A stretch of DNA of 64,000 nt, from contig DASYSB010000047.1 in NCBI GenBank assembly GCA_036003785.1, positions 18,800-82,799 on the forward strand, written 5' to 3'. This stretch comes from Nitrososphaera sp. (GTDB lineage Archaea > Thermoproteota > Nitrososphaeria > Nitrososphaerales > Nitrososphaeraceae). The notes under the pieces were generated by a model, which saw only the letters and a program-made list of their open reading frames with translations, searched no databases and had not been told where the DNA came from. Of this stretch, positions 53,946-63,463 are shown in pieces (position 1 is the first letter of the stretch; every line of letters starts with the position of its first letter). The position numbers and the translations under genes are program-made.

Positions 53946-55139
53946 CTACTTTAGCCTGCCCATCCTTAAGAATGTGTTTGCCTTTTCCCTGACGCCCTTT
54001 TCGAATTCCGGCATATGTATTGTATTGATGGGCTCAAGCATGTGGTATTTCTTGGTATAATCGGTCCTTTTCTTTGTCAGGTGCTTTAGCTGGTCTTGCA
54101 GGCTCTCTTTCAGGTCCTGGGGACAAATCTTGCTGCCAAATATTGTTGCAAGTGACGCTTCGAGCATTTCGTTCAGATGCATTATGCCTTTGTCTTCGTG
54201 GAAATGGGGATTGCGGGTCTCTATCTGGAATACCTCTACGCCCTTATCGACTATTTGTGGGTATTCGGACGGGACCAGCCCCCCAAATTTTTCCAGCATG
54301 CTGATGAATTCACGTGTCTCTATCGAGTAACCGCTGGTATAGTGTAGGCATTCTGCAAGTGGCATGGACAGCGCGTGCTCGCCAGCATTACCTGTCTTGA
54401 TGACTTCAGTTTCAAAACCGGTTATGCTTGCTAGAAGGGCATTAAGGTTCTTGTTTGTAATCTCAGAGACCCTGCCCCACTTTGAGAATTGAAGCGCGTT
54501 GTTTCTGACTTTTGGCTTGAAAACCCACGATACTCTAATGTTACAGTAAGGCGTGGTCGACATGCCAAAGCCGGCTGCAAATATCTTGACGTATTCATTG
54601 ACCGCACCAGGGACATAATTGTCACTGTCAATGAACCCGACGTAGTCCTTGTTGTACATCTTTGCTGCGAGGAGGCCGATTATCATGCCTTCAGCCTTGC
54701 CACTCCTTATATTGCCCTCGGAGTCAAGGATAGAGTCGTACCCCACCTTTTTGAAGACCTCTGCAAGCCCAGAGTCCTGCTGGTGCACCATAATCATACG
54801 TTTATCCATGAATCTGCCGAGCTGCCTCACGGCTTCTGTCTCAATCGCAAACCGGTCCACTGGACCTCTTGAGCTGTTGGACACTATGATCACAAGACAT
54901 TCGTTTGGTATACCACTAAGAACCCCCTCTAGCAGCTTTAATTTTTCATTCATTATTGGAATGACTATCGCAAGGTCGTGCATTATGTTCGAAATTTCGT
55001 CGTAGTCAAATTTCCTTACGGTCTGGTGTGACGACTGGAAGCCTTTAGATTTTCCAGAGTCAAGCTCGTAAATGCGCTGTACCCCGTGTATGCTGACTGC
55101 CCCCAGCCGCTCGGTATACCTTGGAAAATCGAGCTTCAT
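53946..55139 (-). CDS. mpgS: Mannosyl-3-phosphoglycerate synthase
   Basis: ELDSG, RSGKAEGM, GFIDSDNY, GNAGEHA, ETRNPHFH. Confidence 0.93.
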   Translation of the reverse strand: MKLDFPRYTERLGAVSIHGVQRIYELDSGKSKGFQSSHQTVRKFDYDEISNIMHDLAIVIPIMNEKLKLLEGVLSGIPNECLVIIVSNSSRGPVDRFAIETEAVRQLGRFMDKRMIMVHQQDSGLAEVFKKVGYDSILDSEGNIRSGKAEGMIIGLLAAKMYNKDYVGFIDSDNYVPGAVNEYVKIFAAGFGMSTTPYCNIRVSWVFKPKVRNNALQFSKWGRVSEITNKNLNALLASITGFETEVIKTGNAGEHALSMPLAECLHYTSGYSIETREFISMLEKFGGLVPSEYPQIVDKGVEVFQIETRNPHFHEDKGIMHLNEMLEASLATIFGSKICPQDLKESLQDQLKHLTKKRTDYTKKYHMLEPINTIHMPEFEKGVREKANTFLRMGRLK

Positions 55140-55187
55140 GTTAGTTGTGTAAATTGATCATATAAAATATTTTAGGTACTCGCTTGA

Positions 55188-55268
55188 GGCTGGCTTCAGA
55201 CGAAAGGCACGGTGGACTGTTACTGCTACACAGAAAGTCAGCCGGCCATCCGCTACGCCATTCCGTGC
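55188..55268 (+). ncRNA. Candidate pseudoknotted structured RNA (unnamed)
   Basis: Crossing helices GGCUGGC(55188-94)/GUCAGCC(55237-43) and GCACGG(55207-12)/CCGUGC(55263-68); TATAAAA ~27 nt upstream. Confidence 0.35.
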
Positions 55269-55310
55269 TAAAGGCATAAATTATCTCAAAATCGAAAACA
55301 ATTGCGTTAG

Positions 55311-55751
55311 ATGTTTATGCTCTTCACGCCACAGACTGCAAACAAGGCATTGCCAGAAGTCAAGCGCCTATTTTCAAATATCCTGACGTACAAGAAACAG
55401 GCAGTAGCTCTGCAGGAACAGGTCGAAATGATAATCCAATCTGGCAGCCAGTTCGAGCAGTTTATCAAAAAAAAGCAGGAGCTCAATGCTGCTGTTTCAA
55501 GCTATTATAAGGCGATAGAGCAACTTGAGGCCAGCGGCGTGGTGATAAAAGATGTTGAACAGGGACTTCTTGACTTTCCATCAAAGAGGTTCGACGAGGA
55601 AGTGTGGCTGTGCTGGAAGGTTGGTGAAAACGAGATCAAGTTCTGGCACGCAAAAGATGAAGGTTTTATGGGCCGCAAACCGCTCGTACCTAGTGGTTTT
55701 CCAACCGACGATAAGGGCCTTGACCCTTCGGAAAGAGATAGTTTGAAGTAA
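55311..55751 (+). CDS. DUF2203 domain-containing protein
   Basis: FTPQTANKALP...GVVIKDVEQGLLDFPS...LCWKVGE..FWH...GFMGRKP. Confidence 0.9.
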   Translation: MFMLFTPQTANKALPEVKRLFSNILTYKKQAVALQEQVEMIIQSGSQFEQFIKKKQELNAAVSSYYKAIEQLEASGVVIKDVEQGLLDFPSKRFDEEVWLCWKVGENEIKFWHAKDEGFMGRKPLVPSGFPTDDKGLDPSERDSLK

Positions 55752-55985
55752 TTCTACCTGCTAGTGGACGATTACCGAGAAATCATAAACCGACCTAAGC
55801 TCGGCGATCTTTGAATTCTAGACAAGAACCGGAGTAGATGCCATAGCAAGCACATGATAATCGCCAGTATACTTGTTTTGGTGAATACAAAATGGCTAAT
55901 TTTCTCGCTTCCCAAGCTAAAACAAGCAGGAGAATTGACTTAGTTACATAACAACTGCCAACATTTTCCATACTGGGATTTATGC

Positions 55986-58022
55986 TTGTATGGGTTCCTA
56001 AATGAGGTGGGACTGAGGCTACCGCAAGGAATGACCTTACAGGTAGTTGTAGCTCTAGCTTTCGGTGTATTTGCGCTATTTCTCTCCTTTCCAGTCGAAC
56101 CCGCTGAAGCGGCAGCTATGACATGGGATGGAGGTGGCGATGGAAGTAGCTGGTCAGACCCTGCAAACTGGAGCGGAGACACATTGCCTACAAGCACTGA
56201 CACCATAACGATTGATGGCAGTGGCTTAGTAGATTCGTCTGTTAGTCTAGACATTGATTTTACCCTCGCTTTCACCGGCAGAATCACACTCACCTCCGAT
56301 GACACTCTTACTGTCGCTTCCGATGTCACTTTAACCAACAACGGCATTATTACTATCCTTAGTGGCGCTACCATGTCCAACCTCGGTGACATATTTAACG
56401 GCGCCGGAACGATTGATATCCGAACCGGCGCTACCATGTCCAACCTCGGTGACATTGATAACAATGGGACCATTCAGAACCAAGGTACCTTTACCAATGA
56501 CGGAACCATAACAATGACCATCGACGGTTCCTTCATGAATGATGGTGCTGCTGCCACATTAATCAACGGCGGCACTATAACAATCAACATCGGGACGTCC
56601 CTCTTGAACGGCCAAGATTCACATAACGAAGGCACAATAATTAATAATGGCATCATAACCAACAGCGGCGCTAGCTCCGGCTTTAACAATCGTCGTCTTG
56701 GTACCATCTCTAACAGCGACACTGGTACCATCACCGGTGGCTTTATCAACTCTGGCGACATCGATAACTGGGGCACAATAAATAGCATCGACGCAGGCAA
56801 CAGCGGCATCATAACGAACTTCGGTAGCTTTACCATGTCCACCAGCATCGGCGACACTATCAACAGCGGCATCATAACGAACTTTGACACGGTTAGCAAC
56901 CTCGGAGAGTTCAGTAACACCATTAGCGGAAGGTTCGACAATGGCGGCACATTCGACAATGGCGGTCATTTAACCAACGTCGGAATTATCAATAATTTTG
57001 GCATCTTTGCTAACAGCGCAACCATTGTGAACAACGCCGGCACAATAAACAACGAAGGTACTCTTACGAATGGTGTGAGCGGCATTATCGCCAAAATCAA
57101 TAACTTCAGCAGTGGTACCATCAACAATAATCATAGTGCCACCTTATTGAACAATTACTTAATCAACAATCTTGGTACCATCAATAACTACGGAACATTT
57201 ACCAACAATGATACGATCAACAATTTTGGCGATATAAACAACAAGTGTGGTGGTACTTTCAACAACTCTGGCACAGTCAACGGTAACCCGGTCAACAATG
57301 AGTCATGCGACCCCAACCTGGACCCAACAGCCGAGCTAACGGCAAACCCGGCCGAGATAAATGAAGGCCAAACTTCAGCACTGGATGCCTCTGGAAGCAG
57401 TGACCCAGATGCTGATCCGCTAACGTATTCTTTCACTATACTTAACGCGGGGCCAGGAACCATATCAGGTCAGACAGATCCCAGTGACCCAACAGCCACA
57501 TACGAGGCCCCTGCAGACATAAGCTCTGACCAGACAGTGACTGTAGAGGTTACAGTTGATGACGGAAATGGTGGGACCGATACGAAGACTGTCGATCTTC
57601 TCGTAAAGGATGTTCCGGCAGAGCTTTTCTGTGGCAAGCCAATTTCGGCGTACAACGTGATAGATGGCACCGAAGGAAATGACAATCTGGTGGGAACAAG
57701 TGGAAATGATCTCATTCGTGGATTTGATGGTAACGACAAGATTAGAGGGGGAGGTGGCAATGACTGCTTGATGGGCGGGGACGACAATGATGCCATAATC
57801 GGCGACGCAGGCGATGACGAAATATCCGGCGGAGCCGGTGGTGATATCCTATTCGGCGCTGCCGGCAACGACATAATAAGCGGAGGCAGCGGGCGAGATT
57901 CGCTGTCAGGCGGACCTGGCAACGATCAACTGGATGGAGGCACCGGGTTTGATAGCGCGGACGGCGGGGACGGCACTGATGCATGTGCCAATGCTGAAAG
58001 GCAGAAAAACTGCGAAAGCTAG
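55986..58022 (+). CDS. Secreted adhesin-like protein: Asn/Gly-rich beta-helix, PKD/Ig module, RTX-type Ca-binding repeats
   Basis: Signal peptide ending AEAA; many NxGTIxN repeats; LDASGSSDPDADPLTY; GGxGxD nonapeptides. Confidence 0.88.
   Translation: MYGFLNEVGLRLPQGMTLQVVVALAFGVFALFLSFPVEPAEAAAMTWDGGGDGSSWSDPANWSGDTLPTSTDTITIDGSGLVDSSVSLDIDFTLAFTGRITLTSDDTLTVASDVTLTNNGIITILSGATMSNLGDIFNGAGTIDIRTGATMSNLGDIDNNGTIQNQGTFTNDGTITMTIDGSFMNDGAAATLINGGTITINIGTSLLNGQDSHNEGTIINNGIITNSGASSGFNNRRLGTISNSDTGTITGGFINSGDIDNWGTINSIDAGNSGIITNFGSFTMSTSIGDTINSGIITNFDTVSNLGEFSNTISGRFDNGGTFDNGGHLTNVGIINNFGIFANSATIVNNAGTINNEGTLTNGVSGIIAKINNFSSGTINNNHSATLLNNYLINNLGTINNYGTFTNNDTINNFGDINNKCGGTFNNSGTVNGNPVNNESCDPNLDPTAELTANPAEINEGQTSALDASGSSDPDADPLTYSFTILNAGPGTISGQTDPSDPTATYEAPADISSDQTVTVEVTVDDGNGGTDTKTVDLLVKDVPAELFCGKPISAYNVIDGTEGNDNLVGTSGNDLIRGFDGNDKIRGGGGNDCLMGGDDNDAIIGDAGDDEISGGAGGDILFGAAGNDIISGGSGRDSLSGGPGNDQLDGGTGFDSADGGDGTDACANAERQKNCES
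56364..56455 (+). repeat. 29-bp exact duplication, 63-bp period
   Basis: ggcgctaccatgtccaacctcggtgacat at 56364 and 56427. Confidence 0.85.
56798..56884 (+). repeat. 24-bp exact duplication, 63-bp period
   Basis: caacagcggcatcataacgaactt at 56798 and 56861. Confidence 0.85.
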
Positions 58023-58121
58023 CTAACAGAGTGCGGAATCGATTCATGGGCCGCAAACCTCTTGAAAGTACTGGTACAATAGAACCGTAAATTTATAGAG
58101 CTGTATCGATGCTCAGCCACC

Positions 58122-58385
58122 ATGCCGATAGACGCCGCCGAGTTTGACGCCCACAAGGATCTAGCCACAATAATCACTCAGTTTCTGAGCAGGAACCTGG
58201 ACAAAGGCTTTTCTGCCAAGGAGATTGCACAGGCTACGGGCGTTTCAGAAGCAGATGTGAATAGTACAATGCTCAAGCTGGGCTTTTCTGACCTTGCAAG
58301 CGCAATAGCTGGCAGGAAGAAAAAGATCAGAATAGAGGATGTCACGATTAACGGGACAACCTACTACCGCTGCATTTCAGTTTGA
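58122..58385 (+). CDS. Small winged-helix-like protein (paralog of 14614-14883)
   Basis: MPIDAAEF...FLSRNLDKGFSAKEIAQATG. Confidence 0.72.
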   Translation: MPIDAAEFDAHKDLATIITQFLSRNLDKGFSAKEIAQATGVSEADVNSTMLKLGFSDLASAIAGRKKKIRIEDVTINGTTYYRCISV

Positions 58386-58426
58386 TTTCAAAAAGCATAG
58401 TAATGTCTCCCCTCTAGCATAGCCTA

Positions 58427-59305
58427 GTGCAGTACATCTGGCTGCGGGCAATAAGAATAAGGTTTCTCTTGGCTTCGGTAATAGCAGTGAGCAACGGCCT
58501 CGCTATCGCCTACTGGAAAACGGGAACTATAGACGCACTATCCGCCGGCCTGACCTATATCGGCGTAGTTTTCCTGCATGCCAGCGTTGACCTTCTTAAC
58601 GACTACTGGGACCACAAGCGTGGCATAGACGGCGTTACAACGAGAACAAAGTTTAGTGGAGGGACTGGAGTGCTTCCTGAAAAACTGCTCACACCAAGGG
58701 CGGTATACGTCGCGGGTCTGATCTTTCTCATCCTCGGTGCGTCAATAGGCGCGTACTTTGTGGCTATGCGGGGCATTACAATAGCGATAATTCTTGCTTT
58801 TGCGGTGGTCTCGATCTATTTCTACTCTACAAGCATCGTGAACGCCGGCCTCGGAGAGCTCTTTGTTGCGATCAAGGGCGCAATGATCGTGCTTGGTACT
58901 TTCTACGTACAATCGATAGCAATTGAGCCTGCAGCATTGTATGTTGGCGCCATCGTCGGCATCCTATCTGCAACGGTGCTGTTTGTTAACTCATTTCCTG
59001 ACTTTGAAGCGGATCGCTCAAGAGGCCGGAGGACCCTTGTCATACTTCTTGGCAGAAAGTTGGCCGCGAGAACGTTTCCACTTTTCGTAATCGCCGCCTA
59101 CGTGATGATAATTGCAGGAATTTTCCTTGGCTTTACGAAGATCTATTCTCTTGTCAGTCTCGCGTCGATCCCGTTTGCAGCGAAGTCAATAATGTCTCTG
59201 ACGAATGACCAGCAAGACTTTAGGAGGCTGGTGCCGGCGATGGCGTCGGCAGTGACCTATTCCCGAATTACCGGGTTTTTGCTGGCGCTGAGCTTGATCT
59301 TTTAG
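58427..59305 (+). CDS. menA: UbiA-family prenyltransferase, MenA-like
   Basis: NDYWDHKRGID, NSFPDFEAD..GRRTL; multi-TM. Confidence 0.85.
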   Translation: MQYIWLRAIRIRFLLASVIAVSNGLAIAYWKTGTIDALSAGLTYIGVVFLHASVDLLNDYWDHKRGIDGVTTRTKFSGGTGVLPEKLLTPRAVYVAGLIFLILGASIGAYFVAMRGITIAIILAFAVVSIYFYSTSIVNAGLGELFVAIKGAMIVLGTFYVQSIAIEPAALYVGAIVGILSATVLFVNSFPDFEADRSRGRRTLVILLGRKLAARTFPLFVIAAYVMIIAGIFLGFTKIYSLVSLASIPFAAKSIMSLTNDQQDFRRLVPAMASAVTYSRITGFLLALSLIF

Positions 59306-59493
59306 AACAGTACAATCCTCGGGTATTAATTTGCAGTCTGACTTAAAACAACATCTTGCACCCGTGCGGGCTTTGTACATGCCGAACTAGGCAGAAACAA
59401 TGAGATTGTCAATGACATCAGGAAATTCATCAGTCCCGTATGGGCCTTCTCTAACTGCAAAGCCGCGACTTTTATCTTCTTGCTGCAGTTGCT

Positions 59494-59772
59494 CTAAAGA
59501 CCCGCACTTTCTATAAGGCTCGTCAACTGGTCGTATTGTTCGATGAACATCTTTCCCTTCGCAGTTATGGCGATGAGTCCGCTTACTCGGTGAATCATGC
59601 TCTTTTCTTCCAGCTCATCAAAGTGGTTCATCATTTTATCGTACGACAATCTGGTAAAGTGCTGGACATGTGTGGGCTTGGCGGTTTCATTGTGCGCAGC
59701 GTCCTCTTCTATAGCGCATAGGATTTCGTAAAACAGCTGCAGCTTATGCCGCTTTTCTTGCCTCAATTTCAA
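59494..59772 (-). CDS. Winged-helix transcriptional regulator (ArnR1-like)
   Basis: RHKLQLFYEIL...KPTHV...LSYD...ITAKG. Confidence 0.85.
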   Translation of the reverse strand: MKLRQEKRHKLQLFYEILCAIEEDAAHNETAKPTHVQHFTRLSYDKMMNHFDELEEKSMIHRVSGLIAITAKGKMFIEQYDQLTSLIESAGL

Positions 59773-60511
59773 TCCTCCTCCTCGAGCTTATGCTGTGCAT
59801 GATGTACACAAAGAGAGCAAGGCCCGCGATCCTTGCGGCAACTGATCCAATAAACGCGCCTACGCTGTTGTCAAAGTACGCGAGAAGCAGCGAATACTGC
59901 TCAAGCCATAGCAGGGCAAAAGCTGCCGGCACATACAGCAACTTGACGTTTGCTGCCTTGACGAGCGATACGATTGTGTTTTTGAATATGTACCCCATTA
60001 CCGCTATGTTGAATATCCTCATGTAAAAGCTGAGGTCAGCGAGGCCTGCGTAGTTAAAGTACGGCTCGCTTGCCAACGCAAAGGTGGGTACCATGAATGG
60101 GATCGCAACCATCGCCAGTGGTAGGGTTGTGACCAGAATATCTCTTGACCGCAGTCTCTTGCCAGATTCGCCTGTATCCGAGTTCTTGTAGTAGTATGAC
60201 AGCGCGATTAGCGCAAATGCTTCAGACTGGAGTGACATCTGAATCCAAAAGAACGCTGGATACAATAGCGGGTCTGCGCTGTAAATCAAGCTTGATGCTT
60301 CAAATAGAAACGATGCACCAAGGAAAGCAAAACCTACCGGCAGGCCAAGCAGATAGCCAAAGCCAGAAAACTTGTAGGACTTGAAGAAATAGCGCGAAAT
60401 CATTAGCGACAACGATACTGAAATCGCAGTGATTACAGCTGCGAGCGCTGGGGCCACTGTGGGATTCACCAGTACGAAGGGGTTGAGCACGTTCGGGTCC
60501 ACCAATGCCAT
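59744..60511 (-). CDS. Seven-TM membrane protein coupled to the regulator
   Basis: ~7 hydrophobic helices; overlaps the wHTH start. Confidence 0.8.
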   Translation of the reverse strand: MALVDPNVLNPFVLVNPTVAPALAAVITAISVSLSLMISRYFFKSYKFSGFGYLLGLPVGFAFLGASFLFEASSLIYSADPLLYPAFFWIQMSLQSEAFALIALSYYYKNSDTGESGKRLRSRDILVTTLPLAMVAIPFMVPTFALASEPYFNYAGLADLSFYMRIFNIAVMGYIFKNTIVSLVKAANVKLLYVPAAFALLWLEQYSLLLAYFDNSVGAFIGSVAARIAGLALFVYIMHSISSRRRIEIEARKAA

Positions 60512-60543
60512 TACTAATAATTCGTGTCAGCGGAAAATAAGCC

Positions 60544-61749
60544 TTGCTCCCTTCAAGGGAGCAGGATTCGATTCGTTATTATTTTCCACCGTTCCTAATT
60601 GGGGCATTGTCATCGTACGAGACGCTACAGGGTTACGCCACGCCCGAAGGCACCAAGAAATACGCTCAGCACGCTGCCTCGCAGGGCAAGCCGGCGGCAC
60701 ATTTCAAGATGTTTGACGGCCTTAGTCTTTCCAGCATTGGAATGGGAACGTACCTTGGCCAGCTTACACAGGAGGACGACATGGCGGTTGAAAATGCAGT
60801 CTACCAGTCAGTAAAATCAGGTGCAGTCAACGTCGTTGACACTGCTATAAACTACCGTTCAATGAAGTCGGAAAAGAGCATTGGAAAAGCCCTCTTGAAA
60901 CTGGTAAGAGAAGGTGATATTTCACGCGATCAGGTGTTTTTATCGACCAAGAATGGCTACGTCACAAACGATGGGGACTACCCAAATGTTGACGTGACGG
61001 AATACGTACATAGGATGTACATCCAGACAGAAGTGATGACTGCAAACGACATCAGCTCCGGCTATAACGTCATGAACCCGAACTACCTTGCAAAATGCAT
61101 TGATAAGTCGCTCATGAACATGCACCTTTCTACGATTGATCTCGTTTACATACACAATGCCTTTGAAAGCTGGAATCAGGATGTGAGCAGACAACAGTTC
61201 ATGGAAATGCTTGCAAAAGTCTTTGAAGTTTATGAAAAATACAAAGCAGAAAGCAAGATTCGCTTTTATGGCATGGCAACTTGGACGTGCTTTCGAGTGC
61301 CGCCAGGCAGCGACGAATACCTATCACTCGAGCAGGCAGTCAAGACTGCCGAAAGCATCGCCGGGAGAAACCATGGATTTAGGTTTATTCAACTGCCTTA
61401 CAACCTTGCATACAGCGAAGCGCTGCTACTTAGGAACCAATCCGTTGGCTCTGAGGGGAACTTGACGATTCTAGAAGCAGCGGCGAAGCTTAACATAGGT
61501 GTATTCACAAGCATACCACTCTTTCAGGGCAGGCTGCTGGGCGCCCAGATCCCTGACTATGGTGGCTTGAGCGACCCTGTGAGCAAGCTCGTCCAGATCG
61601 TAAGGTCAACTCCTTCGGTCATTGCGCCTCTTATTGGGCAGAAAAAGGCTGAGCATGTCGAGGAAAACCTCAAGGTTGCAAACAGACCTCCTCTTTCCGC
61701 TGAAGAGTTCAAGCAGGCTGTGCGTGTACTTACAAACCAGCAGCTATGA
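60544..61749 (+). CDS. Aldo/keto reductase
   Basis: SIGMGT, VDTAINY, STKNG, IDLVYIHN, IQLPYN. Confidence 0.92.
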   Translation: MLPSREQDSIRYYFPPFLIGALSSYETLQGYATPEGTKKYAQHAASQGKPAAHFKMFDGLSLSSIGMGTYLGQLTQEDDMAVENAVYQSVKSGAVNVVDTAINYRSMKSEKSIGKALLKLVREGDISRDQVFLSTKNGYVTNDGDYPNVDVTEYVHRMYIQTEVMTANDISSGYNVMNPNYLAKCIDKSLMNMHLSTIDLVYIHNAFESWNQDVSRQQFMEMLAKVFEVYEKYKAESKIRFYGMATWTCFRVPPGSDEYLSLEQAVKTAESIAGRNHGFRFIQLPYNLAYSEALLLRNQSVGSEGNLTILEAAAKLNIGVFTSIPLFQGRLLGAQIPDYGGLSDPVSKLVQIVRSTPSVIAPLIGQKKAEHVEENLKVANRPPLSAEEFKQAVRVLTNQQL

Positions 61750-61940
61750 AAATCAATAAACCATTTATTGTCAGATGATCATCGCCACCAGAAAATTCTA
61801 GAGCAAGACTGCCGGCGCAGTAAGCGTACTTATATTTCGGAAAGCCAAGCTAGGCAACGGAAATGAGCTTGAAACAATTCTCTTGCCGCCAGCTAATTCC
61901 ATACGCTCGCAACTCTTTGAAATGAAAATCTATTCTGAGG

Positions 61941-62894
61941 TTAAAGCTGCGCAATAGCTGCCTTGATATTTTCTTCGTCTTCGGCCCACGGCATTTGGTC
62001 CAAATACTTTGCAAGGTCTTCTTTTGCACCCTGGTTGTTGCCAAGCTGCATCCTTGCCATCGCGCGGTTCTTGTAGATGGGGCCAAAACGCATGGGGTTG
62101 ACGTCTATCGCCCTGCTGTAGTACGCCTCTGAAAGCGAGTAGTTCTTCCTTTTCAGATAATAGTTGCCAAGCCCGCGATAAGCAAGGTAGTATTTCGAGT
62201 TCAGTTTGATCGCCCTTTCGTAGCAGGGCACCGCCTTATCGGAATTTGTCTCGTTGTACATGCCGGCAAGCATGCACCATGCCTGAGCATTATCCGAGTC
62301 AATTTCAGCGATATTTCGCAGTTTTTCAATAGCATTATTTACATTGCCTTCCTGGCGCATCCCTTCTGCCTCGAAACAGACCCGATTTGACTTGACAAAT
62401 TTTAGGCTCTCGTTCTTTAGCACATCCTTCATGTCTGAAGGCACGATGATTATCGCCGTCATGTCGTCTTGCTCCCAGTCCTGCTCAAACTTTGCTTCTG
62501 GAATCGCGCCCACAGTGTCTGGCTCTGCGACATAGATAAGCATCCTGCGCTCGTCGCTGTTATAACCAGACACTATCATCGCATGCTGCACAGTCCCTTG
62601 TATGCCGGGCATTATTACAATAGGAGGTATGCCTTGATCAATCCGCTTTTTCAGATCTTTAATCGAACTCTTGTAAATGTATGAACCAAAGCCGCGGCTT
62701 TCTGCATGCACAATGCCTTCAATCATCGAAGCGGGTCTTTTGCCGGCTTTCTGCTGTACAATGTCCTCTCCCCAGTATCTTGCCACGACGTCCACGACGA
62801 GCGGCAGGCTGGAACTTTCTTCGTTCTTACTCACGAGCGGCAAGCTGAGGAAATGTTCTGGCTGCGATTCCAAGACTGTACCGCTGTTTTTCAA
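61941..62894 (-). CDS. Peptidase C39-like domain plus TPR repeats
   Basis: LKKRIDQGIPPIV...HAMIVSGY; three to four TPRs (AWCMLAG, AYRGLGN, IYKNRAMA). Confidence 0.85.
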   Translation of the reverse strand: MKNSGTVLESQPEHFLSLPLVSKNEESSSLPLVVDVVARYWGEDIVQQKAGKRPASMIEGIVHAESRGFGSYIYKSSIKDLKKRIDQGIPPIVIMPGIQGTVQHAMIVSGYNSDERRMLIYVAEPDTVGAIPEAKFEQDWEQDDMTAIIIVPSDMKDVLKNESLKFVKSNRVCFEAEGMRQEGNVNNAIEKLRNIAEIDSDNAQAWCMLAGMYNETNSDKAVPCYERAIKLNSKYYLAYRGLGNYYLKRKNYSLSEAYYSRAIDVNPMRFGPIYKNRAMARMQLGNNQGAKEDLAKYLDQMPWAEDEENIKAAIAQL

Positions 62895-62907
62895 GCAAAT
62901 AAAATCC

Positions 62908-63459
62908 TTATGTCTTGGCAGCGAAGTTTTGCAAAAGCCTTAATCCGTCATTGCCGCTCTTTTCTGGATGAAATTGCGTCCCATAAATTTTGCCACTGAC
63001 AAACATCTCGTGCTCGCAGTAATTTGAGCTTGCAAGCGATACGAAATTCGCAGGAAGTCTAGAAACACAGTAGCCGTGGCTCTCGTACACAGAAATACAT
63101 TTTTTGTCCTCAGTCAGGGGATTTTGGCCTGAGACAGAAACTGCGGTTGTGCCATGCACATGGGCAGGCATCTTGCGGATTGATCCGCCAAAAGTGAGCG
63201 CTATTATTTCTGCGCCATAGCAGATGCCGAGCAGTGGCTTACCGCCATCGCGGCACTGCCTTGTTATTTTTGAATTCACCGCATTTATCTCCTTGCTGTT
63301 CTTGCGCCTGCCTGACAACATCACCTTGTCGCACCTGGCGACATCCATGTCTGACACCTCCGAGAATTTTCTGTAGACATAAGGGATATCAAGCCGGCCA
63401 AGACATTCCAGTATATCAGGCGTAAATGGTGACATGTTGTCTACCACGAGTACTGGCAC
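62908..63459 (-). CDS. Class I glutamine amidotransferase
   Basis: VVDNMS, LSG, PLLGICYGAE, SHG, QFHPE. Confidence 0.9.
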   Translation of the reverse strand: MPVLVVDNMSPFTPDILECLGRLDIPYVYRKFSEVSDMDVARCDKVMLSGRRKNSKEINAVNSKITRQCRDGGKPLLGICYGAEIIALTFGGSIRKMPAHVHGTTAVSVSGQNPLTEDKKCISVYESHGYCVSRLPANFVSLASSNYCEHEMFVSGKIYGTQFHPEKSGNDGLRLLQNFAAKT

Positions 63460-63463
63460 TCCT

